Of a stretch of 64,000 nucleotides of DNA, positions 39,559-48,817 are shown one piece after another (the first letter of the stretch is position 1; each line of letters starts with the position of its first letter). A program made the translations under genes and the position numbers. The notes under the pieces were generated by a model, which was not told where the DNA came from, did not search any database, and was given only the letters and a program-made list of their open reading frames with translations. Origin of the DNA: Anaerolineae bacterium (GTDB lineage Bacteria > Chloroflexota > Anaerolineae > UBA1429); NCBI GenBank assembly GCA_963675785.1, contig OY776562.1, positions 2,944,001-3,008,000 of the forward strand, read 5' to 3'.

Positions 39559-39597
39559 AAAATAAGAGGACATCCTACAGGGATGTCCTCTTATTTT
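39559..39597. terminator. Perfect 17-bp bidirectional terminator
   Basis: AAAATAAGAGGACATCC-tacag-GGATGTCCTCTTATTTT. Confidence 0.85.
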
Positions 39598-39925
39598 ATG
39601 ATTCTAGCGCTTTGCGTACAGCCTGAATAATTTGGAATCCATCAGCTGTGCCCACTGCTGCCAGTTGATTGTTTACAAAGGCGAGGGGATAAAATACGTA
39701 TCCTCGCTCATGCTCTGTTTGCTTGATAAGCTGAGCATATTCTTGCGGAAGCTCACCATTGTCTATGTCAAAGTAGGTCAAGCTGACCTGGTCGCCGAAC
39801 ATACGCTCGAGTTGAAGCCGTGTGATCTCGCTAGTCTCCGCCGAAGACCTGCGCGGGCCTCAACCACCGCCGCAGAACTCGGCACCGGTCTGGCCGAGAA
39901 TGAGCACCTTAACTTTTTCCGCCAT
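39596..39925 (-). CDS. Putative selenoprotein, thioredoxin-fold YuzD/DUF1462-like (CGGGU), 109 aa
   Basis: ATG at 39925 with GAGAGGG SD; codon 22 is TGA (39862-39860) after C-G-G-G; frame continues into the 68-aa track ORF; SECIS-like hairpin follows. Confidence 0.8.
39829..39853 (-). promoter_or_regulatory. Candidate bacterial SECIS element
   Basis: mRNA CGC-A-GGUCUUC-GGC-GGAGACU-A-GCG; apical loop begins with G 18 nt after the UGA. Confidence 0.65.
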
Positions 39926-39966
39926 GTATACCCTCTCATACCTTTATACCCAGGGTGGGTACGCAA

Positions 39967-39995
39967 AATATACCATTGATGGTCTCGTCAGTCAA
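39967..39995 (-). promoter_or_regulatory. Sigma70 promoter for the putative selenoprotein gene
   Basis: TTGACT-17 nt-TATATT with TG extended -10. Confidence 0.7.
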
Positions 39996-40003
39996 TCGGC
40001 CGG

Positions 40004-40032
40004 TTGACACCTGTACCCCTCAACCATATAAT
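40004..40032 (+). promoter_or_regulatory. Consensus sigma70 promoter for the HAD gene
   Basis: TTGACA-17 nt-TATAAT. Confidence 0.8.
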
Positions 40033-40122
40033 CCACACGAATTGTCTTCTGTGTGCAACCCCTGGCTATGAAACTGCGTCTTATCATTGTCTCAAATCCT
40101 GATTTAGGAGTTTGACTGAGCG

Positions 40123-40737
40123 ATGCCTATCAAGGCCTTTGTCTTTGACTGCGGAGGCGTGCTTTTTCGCGATGGTGACCTGACGCCCTATGACGTCTGG
40201 GCAGAGCGTGCTGGAATTACACCAGAGGCGTTACGTCAGCTTTTATGGGCCAGTGATTTTTGGCGTCAGGCCGAGTGTGGCCAGATTACAGATGCACGTT
40301 ACTGGGAATTGATTCTGCAAGAGCTGGGCCTCGACGATGAGACTTCACCCCAGGATCTTAAGCAGGATCTTTGGACAACGTGGGAGCTTGATTCTGCCCT
40401 GATAGAAACGATTGACGAGCTCCGAAAGCACTATTCCGTTTCAATGCTTAGCAATGCAACTGATGATCTGGAGTGCATTCTCGATACGTTTGGGGTTTCG
40501 GATCGTTTTGAGCATATCATCAATTCTGCACGGGTAGGCACTGCCAAACCCGATAAAGCGATTTTTGCCCACACGCTCGAACGAATTGGCTTTGAACCAG
40601 ATCAAGTTGTATTTATTGACGACCGCGCTGAGAATATCACTGCAGCTTCGGGTGTGGGGATGCATGTCATCTGGTATGTTGGTCTAAATGAACTGCGTCG
40701 CCGCCTCTCCTTGTTCGATCATAACCTCTCTTTTTAA
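40123..40737 (+). CDS. HAD-superfamily phosphatase (subfamily IA)
   Basis: FDCGGV, LSN, KP, FIDD. Confidence 0.9.
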   Translation: MPIKAFVFDCGGVLFRDGDLTPYDVWAERAGITPEALRQLLWASDFWRQAECGQITDARYWELILQELGLDDETSPQDLKQDLWTTWELDSALIETIDELRKHYSVSMLSNATDDLECILDTFGVSDRFEHIINSARVGTAKPDKAIFAHTLERIGFEPDQVVFIDDRAENITAASGVGMHVIWYVGLNELRRRLSLFDHNLSF

Positions 40738-40826
40738 TTCTTCTTCGTCTGTCGCACGTCCTGCTCCTGGAACGTCTGTAACGACCGTTACGTCGTACAT
40801 AGGTTGATACTCTGTGAGGTAGACCA

Positions 40827-43259
40827 ATGCGCTTTACGCGTATTCTTTTTGTATTTCTCTGTATTCTGATATGTATAGCTCTTCTTGGGACTATTGGCAT
40901 TCTAGGGGTATACGCTTATTTTGCGCGAACTTTGCCCGCGCCGAGTGAGTTGTACGAACTGGCCAGCAGCTTTCAGAACACGCGCATTATGGATGCTGAT
41001 GGACAGCTTCTCTACGAGTTCTACGATCCCTCTGCCGGGTTACGTGTTGTGACAGCCTATGAGAATATCTCTCCGCTTCTTATTGATGCAGTTGTCGCCA
41101 CCGAGGACCCCACATTTTTCAGCAATGTTGGGGTGAATCCTCTATCTATTGCCCGTGCTTTTTATCAGAACTTGCGCGCGGGTTATGTGGTTTCTGGCGC
41201 TAGCACTATTACCCAGCAGGTGGCGAAAAACGTGTTTTTGAGCACCGAGAGAACCTACACACGTAAGATCGAAGAAGCTATCCTTGCTACAGAGCTGACG
41301 CGCACCTATTCCAAAGAACAGATTCTGGGGGTCTATCTTAATGAGAGTTACTTTGGAAACATGGCGTATGGTATAGGCGCTGCTTCAGAGACCTACTTTG
41401 GCAAGACACCCGATGAACTGACCCTTGCAGAGGCTGCGCTGTTGGCTGGCTTGCTGCAATCCCCCGTAGGGTATGACCCCTACACCAATCCGGATGTGGC
41501 TATAGCGCGTCGGGCTACGGTGCTTTCTCTGATGCAGCGTCGGGGCTATATCACAGCTACAGAAGCTGTTGAAGCATCGGCTGCACCACTTGGCGTGGTC
41601 GAATCACAGACAAGCCTCAAAGCTCCCCATCTTGTCATCGAAGCGCGCTCGTGGCTAGAGAAAGAATATGGTACAGAGTACGTCTATGAAGCCGGTTTGC
41701 AGGTTCAAACCACCATCGATAGCGATTTGCAGGAGATGGTCGAGCGTGATGTGACCGAGGGCATTGCTCAATTGGACGGCTATAACGCCAATAATGCATC
41801 TGTCGTGGTTCTGGATCCGACAACGGGCGATATCTTGGCTATGGTGGGCAGCGCCGATTTCTATGATGCTTCGATTAACGGCCAAATCAACATGGCTACC
41901 ACAGCGCGACAAACAGGTTCGGCGATCAAACCCTTTACCTATCTTGCGGCACTGGAACAGGGTTATACGGCGGCTTCGCTGTTGATGGATATCGAGCAAG
42001 AATTCCCTGATGGCGTGAATTCTCCTTATGTACCCACAAACTATGATCTCGAGGAATGGGGGCCCATTTCATTGCGAACAGCCCTGGCTAACTCTCGCAA
42101 TATCCCCGTTGTTCAGGTTTTGAATGATATCGGCGTAGATTCTCTTTTGGAGATTTGTGATCGACTAGGCATCGAGCTTGAAGATCGCGACGATTATGGA
42201 CTATCGCTTACGCTAGGCAGCGGTGAGGCTACTTTGCTAGATATGACCCAAGCGTTTGGCGTTCTGGCGAATGGTGGTGCCTTGGTACGGGCTCATTACT
42301 TGAGCAGCATAAGCGATAGTGCGGGGCAAATCATTCTGGATCAGTCGAATTTGCAGGCAGAGCAAGTGGTAGATGCCCGTCTGGCCTACATCATTACCGA
42401 TATTCTCTCGGATGATGAGGAACGCATGCGCGCATTCGGCACGGTGAACAATTTGGATGTTGGCTTTACGGCAGCAGTTAAAACGGGCACAACCAATGAC
42501 TATCGCGATAGTTGGGCTATTGGGTATACGTCTGATATAGTCGTTGGTGTATGGGTGGGGAATGCTGACAATTCCGAGATGACCGAGCTTTCTGGCTCTC
42601 GTGGCGCTGGCTTGATCTGGAACATGATCATGAGTGACTATTATGCAGTCAGTGAGCCAACACCCTTTGCTGAGCCAGAGGGGTTGGTTACTGTGGCAGT
42701 TTGCCCCGTTTCCGGCGAGCTACCAGGTGCTTATTGCCCGGATGCTGTTGAAGAGTTATTCACCACTGAGACAGCGCCGACAATGACTTGCACGGTGCAC
42801 AAGACGGTACAATTATGCAATGTTACGAACAAATTGGCCCTTTCGTATTGCCCTAACGATCAATTGACTGAATTGCTCGTTACCGATTTTGGCGAGGAGT
42901 GGGACGAGTGGGCAATTTCTCAGGGGTACACTGTGCCCCCGCGAGAGTACTGTGATGTTCATACATCGCCGTCTTTGGTTGAGTTGAGTGTGCCCTCTGT
43001 GGTTTCTGGGGTTGTCGACATCTACGGAACGACGATGTTGGATGATTTTTCCTATTATGTGGTCGAGTTAGGGTATGGTTCTTCTCCTGGTTACTGGAGC
43101 CCTATTAGCCCTTCGATTCACGCTGCGGTTAGCCATAGTGTGTTGTACCGCTGGGATACGCGCAGTTTGAGTAGTGGTGACTATTCATTGCGCCTGGTGG
43201 TGTATAACGCCAGTGGCTGGCAGCAAGCGACAACCACAACCTGCTATGTGCAGAACTAG
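40827..43259 (+). CDS. Class A penicillin-binding protein (transglycosylase-transpeptidase) with Cys-rich and Ig-like C-terminus
   Basis: EDPTF, GASTITQQ, RKIEE; SAIK (SxxK), SRN, KTGT. Confidence 0.93.
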   Translation: MRFTRILFVFLCILICIALLGTIGILGVYAYFARTLPAPSELYELASSFQNTRIMDADGQLLYEFYDPSAGLRVVTAYENISPLLIDAVVATEDPTFFSNVGVNPLSIARAFYQNLRAGYVVSGASTITQQVAKNVFLSTERTYTRKIEEAILATELTRTYSKEQILGVYLNESYFGNMAYGIGAASETYFGKTPDELTLAEAALLAGLLQSPVGYDPYTNPDVAIARRATVLSLMQRRGYITATEAVEASAAPLGVVESQTSLKAPHLVIEARSWLEKEYGTEYVYEAGLQVQTTIDSDLQEMVERDVTEGIAQLDGYNANNASVVVLDPTTGDILAMVGSADFYDASINGQINMATTARQTGSAIKPFTYLAALEQGYTAASLLMDIEQEFPDGVNSPYVPTNYDLEEWGPISLRTALANSRNIPVVQVLNDIGVDSLLEICDRLGIELEDRDDYGLSLTLGSGEATLLDMTQAFGVLANGGALVRAHYLSSISDSAGQIILDQSNLQAEQVVDARLAYIITDILSDDEERMRAFGTVNNLDVGFTAAVKTGTTNDYRDSWAIGYTSDIVVGVWVGNADNSEMTELSGSRGAGLIWNMIMSDYYAVSEPTPFAEPEGLVTVAVCPVSGELPGAYCPDAVEELFTTETAPTMTCTVHKTVQLCNVTNKLALSYCPNDQLTELLVTDFGEEWDEWAISQGYTVPPREYCDVHTSPSLVELSVPSVVSGVVDIYGTTMLDDFSYYVVELGYGSSPGYWSPISPSIHAAVSHSVLYRWDTRSLSSGDYSLRLVVYNASGWQQATTTTCYVQN

Positions 43260-43263
43260 GGGT

Positions 43264-43301
43264 AAAAAAACGCGGTACGGTTGGCAAAGTCAACCGTACC
43301 G
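43264..43301 (-). terminator. Intrinsic terminator
   Basis: CGGTACGGTTG/CAACCGTACCG stem with A7 on the plus strand (U-tract on minus). Confidence 0.75.
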
Positions 43302-43319
43302 TAGTAGTTGGCCTTGTAA

Positions 43320-43685
43320 CTAATCGAACTCGTCAAATTCAATGATATTAGCCAAACGTTCTGGCATAGGGGTCATGTTTTTGATAGAAAAATCACCATA
43401 AGGTGTAGAAAGAATCTCATCTTCAGTCTTGAATAAAAAGAACGCAACTCGTGTTGGCATATTTTCTTTTTTTGGCACATCATATGTTCCACATAGCTTT
43501 TCTGTGCCTTCTAAAGACAAGTACTGTTCCATATACGGGCATTGCCAACGCATACGATCTAATTCTGCATTCGGAACTACGAAACCTGCCCAGTCGATGC
43601 TTTGAGGTGTATCATCGAGGATCATTTCGACTAGAACGGCGTCTTTGTTGAAATCATAACAACCATGCAAGATAGCTTTTTTCAT
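43320..43685 (-). CDS. Hypothetical protein (AT-rich gene)
   Basis: 121-aa ORF with GAGGTG SD; WQCPYMEQYL, RVAFF, TPYG motifs. Confidence 0.7.
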   Translation of the reverse strand: MKKAILHGCYDFNKDAVLVEMILDDTPQSIDWAGFVVPNAELDRMRWQCPYMEQYLSLEGTEKLCGTYDVPKKENMPTRVAFFLFKTEDEILSTPYGDFSIKNMTPMPERLANIIEFDEFD

Positions 43686-43809
43686 TGTGGAATTCACCTC
43701 AGAAGTAGGGATTCTGATCAATGAAGATAGTTTAGCATTGAATTATTAGCAGGAGAAGGCAAGGTCGGCTTTGATTCTGAGACAAGAAAAGAACGCATCG
43801 AGGTAATTT

Positions 43810-43845
43810 AAAAGGGGCTCACCTTTAGGTGAGCCCCTTTTTTTT
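43810..43845. terminator. Bidirectional terminator
   Basis: AAAAGGGGCTCACCT-tt-AGGTGAGCCCCTTTT. Confidence 0.85.
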
Positions 43846-43854
43846 ATATTGTAA

Positions 43855-44940
43855 CTAGGGTAGATAGACTAATGGGTTACGTTGAACACCATTGACGATA
43901 ACCTCAAAGTGCAGGTGAGGCCCGGTGCTGTTTCCTGTGCTACCGCATGTGCCGATCTGCTGGCCCTTGGCGACAGATTGTCCAACTTGAACCCAATAGG
44001 AGGTCATGTGGGCATAGAGTGTTCTATAGCCGTTACCATGATCAATAATGGCCATGTTGCCGTATCCCACGGTACTCCAGCCCGCTGCTACCACATATCC
44101 TGCATCTGCAGCATAGATTGGTGTGCCAGCCGATGCTGCGATGTCGATGGCAAGGTGCCCCGCCCAATAACCCTGACTAATATAGCCACTCATCGGCCAA
44201 GAAATGACTCCTGAGCCTTTGACAGCGCTGCTAGGAGCGCTTGAGGCAGTTGCTATCACTGCTCTGGGAGTATAAGGCTTGATACCGCCGGGAACAATGA
44301 GTCTTTGCCCCACCGTGAGTTCGTAAGGCTCGGTCAGGCCGTTTTCCTCAAAGCTGGTAATGGCTTCAGTTTCTACCTGATACTTTTTGGCAATGGATTC
44401 AAGGGTGTCTCCACTCGCAACCGTGTGATAGGCACCATCGACCGGCAAGATATAGAGTACGTCCCCAATCTGCAGCAAGTCAGGTGTGTCTTCAAGTTCA
44501 TCGTTTGACCACAGTATTGTGTTGGCATCCAGGCCAAATTTGTCAGCAATGCCCAGCACGGTGTCGTGTGCCTGGACTGTGTATTCGATGACAGAATTGC
44601 GAACCTGGCGTTCTGCAGAGACTACCGGCAAAATGCTGCGAATGGAAAGCTCAGTGGAAGGCACAGCCGCAGCCGTTAAAAAGCCCGTCTGTGTCTCAGA
44701 GGTGAACGAAGCGGTAGTGATTTGAGACGTTTCTGTGGACTCTACTATCTGTCCGGCAATGATGCTGCTGGAGGGGTTGATGGTGAAAGCGAGTACGAGA
44801 ACCAGGAAAGCTATAAACGCATGACTCAAATACCTGACCCAATCCTGTGAATCGGGTCGGTGAAGCTTTCGCACTCTAGTTTTAGGTATTGTTCGATCCA
44901 GATGGCCCTTGGCGAGGCGAGACCGCCAGGCAATATCCAT
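43855..44940 (-). CDS. LysM x2 - M23 peptidase (cell-wall hydrolase)
   Basis: TM, two LysM domains, HLAID (HxxxD), YAH, STGPHLHFE. Confidence 0.92.
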   Translation of the reverse strand: MDIAWRSRLAKGHLDRTIPKTRVRKLHRPDSQDWVRYLSHAFIAFLVLVLAFTINPSSSIIAGQIVESTETSQITTASFTSETQTGFLTAAAVPSTELSIRSILPVVSAERQVRNSVIEYTVQAHDTVLGIADKFGLDANTILWSNDELEDTPDLLQIGDVLYILPVDGAYHTVASGDTLESIAKKYQVETEAITSFEENGLTEPYELTVGQRLIVPGGIKPYTPRAVIATASSAPSSAVKGSGVISWPMSGYISQGYWAGHLAIDIAASAGTPIYAADAGYVVAAGWSTVGYGNMAIIDHGNGYRTLYAHMTSYWVQVGQSVAKGQQIGTCGSTGNSTGPHLHFEVIVNGVQRNPLVYLP

Positions 44941-44945
44941 GAGAC

Positions 44946-46193
44946 TTAGATATCCTTATTCAAGGTGTTTAAAAAGTCAGTATTGGTAGTAGCTCGTCGA
45001 AGCCTTTCAAGGATGGGCTCGACACTTTCAACTCCACCGATTGTATCAACCATTCGCCGCAATGTCCAGATTCTCTGAAGCGTAATAGCGTCGAGAAGCA
45101 ATTCCTCGCGACGTGTGCCCGATCGCTGAATGTCGATGGCAGGGAAGACGCGTCTTTCGGCAAGGCGGCGCACCAGATGTAGTTCCATGTTGCCTGTGCC
45201 CTTGAATTCCTCATAGACCATGTCATCCATTCTGCTGCCCGTATCTATAAGGCAGGTGGCGATGATGGTCAAGCTGCCGCCTTCCTCCATGTTTCTGGCT
45301 GCACCGAAAAAGCGCTTTGGGGGATATAGCGCAGTGGGATCCAAGCCACCAGAGAGTGTTCGACCGCTAGGCGGGACCACCAGGTTGTACGCTCTGGAAA
45401 GCCGTGTGATGCTATCCAACAGGATAACGACGTCCTTGCCCATTTCCACAAGCCGTTTTGCTCGCTCTAGCGCCATTTCTGCTACACGAGCATGGTCTTT
45501 GACTGGTTCGTCAAATGTCGAGCTAAAGACTTCGGCCTCTACGGAGCGGTCCATATCAGTTACTTCTTCAGGGCGTTCGCCAATGAGGACAACCATAAGA
45601 TGGACGTCACTGTGATTGGCTGAGATGCCGTTGGCGATATCTTTGAGGATGGTGGTTTTACCAGCTTTTGGAGGAGAGACGATCAATCCACGTTGGCCGC
45701 GCCCGATGGGTGAGAGCATGTCGATGAGTCGAGTAGAGTAAATGCCGGGGGCGGTTTCGAGACGGAGTTGTTCTTTCGGAAAAATGGGCGTTTGGCGTTC
45801 AAATCGAGGTCTTGATTTGGCTAACTCTGGATCGCCGTTGTTAATGGCCTCTACGCGTAACAAACTATAATATTTTTCCGAATCCTTGGGCGCTCGAACT
45901 TGGCCAACAACCATATCGCCTGTACGCAGTGCAAACCGCCGGATTTGAGACTGTGATACATAAACATCGTCCTGCCCGGGCAGCAGGTTATGGCTTCGGA
46001 GAAAGCCAATGCCATCCTGAACGATCTCTAGCACACCGCCTCGGAAGGTGTGGCCCTTTTCTTCAGCCTGCGATTGAAGCAGGCGGAATATCAGATCGCC
46101 CTTTTTCAGGCGACTGTAACCGCTAATTTCGCGGGTACGCGCGATTTCTCGCAGCTCTGGCAGGGTCATGGTATCGAGTTGGACAATATTCAC
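44946..46193 (-). CDS. rho: Transcription termination factor Rho
   Basis: GIGFLR, YVSQSQIRRF, PPKAGKT, ERPEEVTD, DSITRL, FGAARN, SGTRREELL; GTG start. Confidence 0.97.
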   Translation of the reverse strand: MNIVQLDTMTLPELREIARTREISGYSRLKKGDLIFRLLQSQAEEKGHTFRGGVLEIVQDGIGFLRSHNLLPGQDDVYVSQSQIRRFALRTGDMVVGQVRAPKDSEKYYSLLRVEAINNGDPELAKSRPRFERQTPIFPKEQLRLETAPGIYSTRLIDMLSPIGRGQRGLIVSPPKAGKTTILKDIANGISANHSDVHLMVVLIGERPEEVTDMDRSVEAEVFSSTFDEPVKDHARVAEMALERAKRLVEMGKDVVILLDSITRLSRAYNLVVPPSGRTLSGGLDPTALYPPKRFFGAARNMEEGGSLTIIATCLIDTGSRMDDMVYEEFKGTGNMELHLVRRLAERRVFPAIDIQRSGTRREELLLDAITLQRIWTLRRMVDTIGGVESVEPILERLRRATTNTDFLNTLNKDI

Positions 46194-46367
46194 ACGAAAC
46201 GCTCCATGTGGTGTTGCTGTTTTTACGCACAACAACAGCAAGATGAGAACAAATAAGGGAATTTAAGTCTGGGGGAATCCGAGAAATTGGAAGAATACCG
46301 ATAAAGATTACCGCAGTGAATGATAAAAGAGGTCATAGGAGCAGATTTGCCTGCTCCTACTTGCCCT

Positions 46368-46396
46368 ATTATATGGAGGCTTTCTTGCAGCGTCAA
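46368..46396 (-). promoter_or_regulatory. Sigma70 promoter of rho
   Basis: TTGACG-17 nt-TATAAT. Confidence 0.75.
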
Positions 46397-46408
46397 ATGT
46401 CTTTAAAA

Positions 46409-47368
46409 CTAGGCCGATATGGGTTCCCCTGTAATGCCAGGAACCGGGACGTTCATTAGAATATCTTTGACAACCGTGCGGGTATCAATGTCTCGAATAC
46501 GGGCGGATGGGCTAATGATCAATCTATGCGCCAGTACCACCGAAGCCAATTTCTTGATGTCATCTGGGATGACATACGTACGCCCGTTAATGGCTGCCAG
46601 CGCCTGGCCCGTACGGTAGAGTGCCAGCGAGCCGCGCGGACTAGCCCCAAGGTAAATATCCGGGTAATTTCTGGTCGCTGTAACAAGGGAGATGATGTAC
46701 TCTTTGACGAGTGGATCAATATAAATGTGTTTAACAGCCTCTTGAGCAGCTAGCAGCTCTTGAATTGTTACAACCTGAGGGATGGAGTCCAGCGGATGTT
46801 TGTACTGCTGAGAATCCAGAATAAGCAACTCATCTGCTTCTGAAGGATGGCCGAGGCTTATTCTCATGAGGAACCTATCCAACTGCGCCTCTGGCAGGGG
46901 AAAAGTTCCTTCATACTCAATGGGGTTCTGGGTTGCTAAAATGATAAAGGGATCAGGCAGCGAATAAGTTTGTTCATCCACTGTGACCTGGTGTTCTTCC
47001 ATCGCTTCCAGTAAGGCAGATTGAGTCTTTGGGGTTGCCCGGTTGATCTCGTCTACGAGGACGAGTTGAGCCATTATCGGGCCAGGGCGATACTCGAATT
47101 CGCGCGTTTTTTGGTTGAAAATAGAGACGCCGGTGACATCGCTGGGCAAAAGGTCGGGTGTAAACTGAAGGCGACGAAAACTGGCACCAATTGACTTGGA
47201 TAAAGACTTGGCGAGAACTGTTTTGCCAACGCCGGGGACATCCTCAATTAGAACATGGCCACGGCATAGCAAAGCGACGATGGCCAGCTTGATTTCGTCG
47301 GTTTTGCCAAAGATGACCTTTTCTACGTTGCCGGCAATGCGCTCAGCAACGCTCTGTACCTCGCCCAT
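46409..47368 (-). CDS. MoxR family AAA+ ATPase
   Basis: [44 protein letters not shown]. Confidence 0.94.
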   Translation of the reverse strand: MGEVQSVAERIAGNVEKVIFGKTDEIKLAIVALLCRGHVLIEDVPGVGKTVLAKSLSKSIGASFRRLQFTPDLLPSDVTGVSIFNQKTREFEYRPGPIMAQLVLVDEINRATPKTQSALLEAMEEHQVTVDEQTYSLPDPFIILATQNPIEYEGTFPLPEAQLDRFLMRISLGHPSEADELLILDSQQYKHPLDSIPQVVTIQELLAAQEAVKHIYIDPLVKEYIISLVTATRNYPDIYLGASPRGSLALYRTGQALAAINGRTYVIPDDIKKLASVVLAHRLIISPSARIRDIDTRTVVKDILMNVPVPGITGEPISA

Positions 47369-47459
47369 GCTGCCTCCTAAACTTTTATTGTTATGAGCTT
47401 ATGCAAGCAAACAAACTCTGTCAAGGGCTCTTTACAAACTTGGACAGGTGCAAGCGGTT

Positions 47460-47488
47460 TTGACATGCTGATATCAGCATGATAGCAT
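47460..47488 (+). promoter_or_regulatory. Promoter of the MFS gene with an 18-bp perfect palindrome (operator candidate)
   Basis: TTGACA-17 nt-TAGCAT; CATGCTGATATCAGCATG at 47464-47481. Confidence 0.7.
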
Positions 47489-47530
47489 CCGCAAACTATA
47501 CGCAGTTCATCTTGGGATTCGGGTGGGAAT

Positions 47531-48817
47531 GTGATTGATCAATCGTATCAAGATTTCATAGAGAGCAATCATCGCTGGAACTTTGTTGTAAACGTTCTTG
47601 ATCTGACATTCTACAATTTAGCGTTGAGCTTTATTTTTGGTTCAACAGTCCTTTCTCTTTATACCAGCTATCTAACCAGCTCTGCTATACTGATAGGCCT
47701 TATCCCTGCCGTTCAAAGTGTGGGCTTTTACTTGCCGCAACTCTTGCTTGCACGCAAGTCCTCGATGATGCCTCGAAAGAAACCGTTCTTGGTGCGTATC
47801 AGTGTTTTCGAGAGAATGCCCTACATATTCGTGGCCTTGATAGCCTTGCTTTGGCCCCAGGCACCGAATTACATCGTTTATACTGTTTTGGCGGTTAGTT
47901 TAGCTTCTGCGACGCTTGCTGGTGGATTAGGTGGGCCTGCCTGGCAAAGCATGCTGGCCAAGGTTATCAAGCCAAATCGTCGAGGTTTGCTCTTTGGTCT
48001 TTCAAATGCCCTGGGGGGATTTCTGGGCATATTGGGGGCGATGTATTCCGCTCATGTTCTCAATACGGAACTTTATCCTCGCTCCTTTGGGATTTGTTTC
48101 TTGTTGTGTTTTATTTTTCAGCTAGTTTCATGGGTGTGCCTGAATCTTGTGCGCGAACCGGCACTAGAGCCCATCCATATACCGCCTCCTGCTCGTGAGT
48201 ATTGGCGGCAGCTTCCTCAGGTTTTTCACAAGAATCCTAATTTCGCACGCTATTTGGTCGGGCGCTCTCTGATTGTGCTGGGCACGATGGCAACAACGTT
48301 TTACATCATTTATGCCCGCAAGATTTTCGCTGTGGATGATGCTTTTGCAGCCGACCTAACCATGGCAGCGCTTGTGAGCCAGACGATTGCAACGCCACTT
48401 CTTGGGGCGCTTTCTGATAAACTGGGCCACAAGTGGCTAACTGAGGTTTCCGCATTCATTGGTGCACTGGCAGTGCTTGCAGCTTTGTTCGCACCATCAG
48501 GGCCTTGGTTCTATTTGGTGTTCATTTTGATGAATGCTTCGACATCGGGGGCAATGGTGGCCAATCTCAGCATGACCATGGATTTCTGCGATGTTGACGA
48601 GATGCCCACTTTTATCGCTCTGGCCAACACGGTGATTGCATTGCCAGTATTGTTAACTCCGGTTATTGGCGGTTGGCTCGTTGATTTAATTGGCTATACG
48701 GCTATGTTTGCTATTGCTTTTGTAATAACGCTGTTGGGTATGGCTACCATGCATTGGTTTGTCAAGGAGCCGCGGAATAATACTAAAGCTCAGGCCGAGC
48801 CCGTTGCTAGTGAGTGA
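47531..48817 (+). CDS. MFS transporter
   Basis: About 12 TMs; GALSDKLGHK motif A. Confidence 0.88.
   Translation: MIDQSYQDFIESNHRWNFVVNVLDLTFYNLALSFIFGSTVLSLYTSYLTSSAILIGLIPAVQSVGFYLPQLLLARKSSMMPRKKPFLVRISVFERMPYIFVALIALLWPQAPNYIVYTVLAVSLASATLAGGLGGPAWQSMLAKVIKPNRRGLLFGLSNALGGFLGILGAMYSAHVLNTELYPRSFGICFLLCFIFQLVSWVCLNLVREPALEPIHIPPPAREYWRQLPQVFHKNPNFARYLVGRSLIVLGTMATTFYIIYARKIFAVDDAFAADLTMAALVSQTIATPLLGALSDKLGHKWLTEVSAFIGALAVLAALFAPSGPWFYLVFILMNASTSGAMVANLSMTMDFCDVDEMPTFIALANTVIALPVLLTPVIGGWLVDLIGYTAMFAIAFVITLLGMATMHWFVKEPRNNTKAQAEPVASE

Noticed and set aside
39596-39925. Pseudogene interpretation of the in-frame TGA
   Set aside because: The stop lies exactly at the redox position, with a SECIS-like hairpin and intact promoter, SD and terminator; Sec is the more economical explanation, though unproven.
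48790-48817. 28-nt convergent overlap of the MFS and ABC ATPase genes
   Set aside because: Short 3' overlaps are common; nothing indicates a regulatory role.
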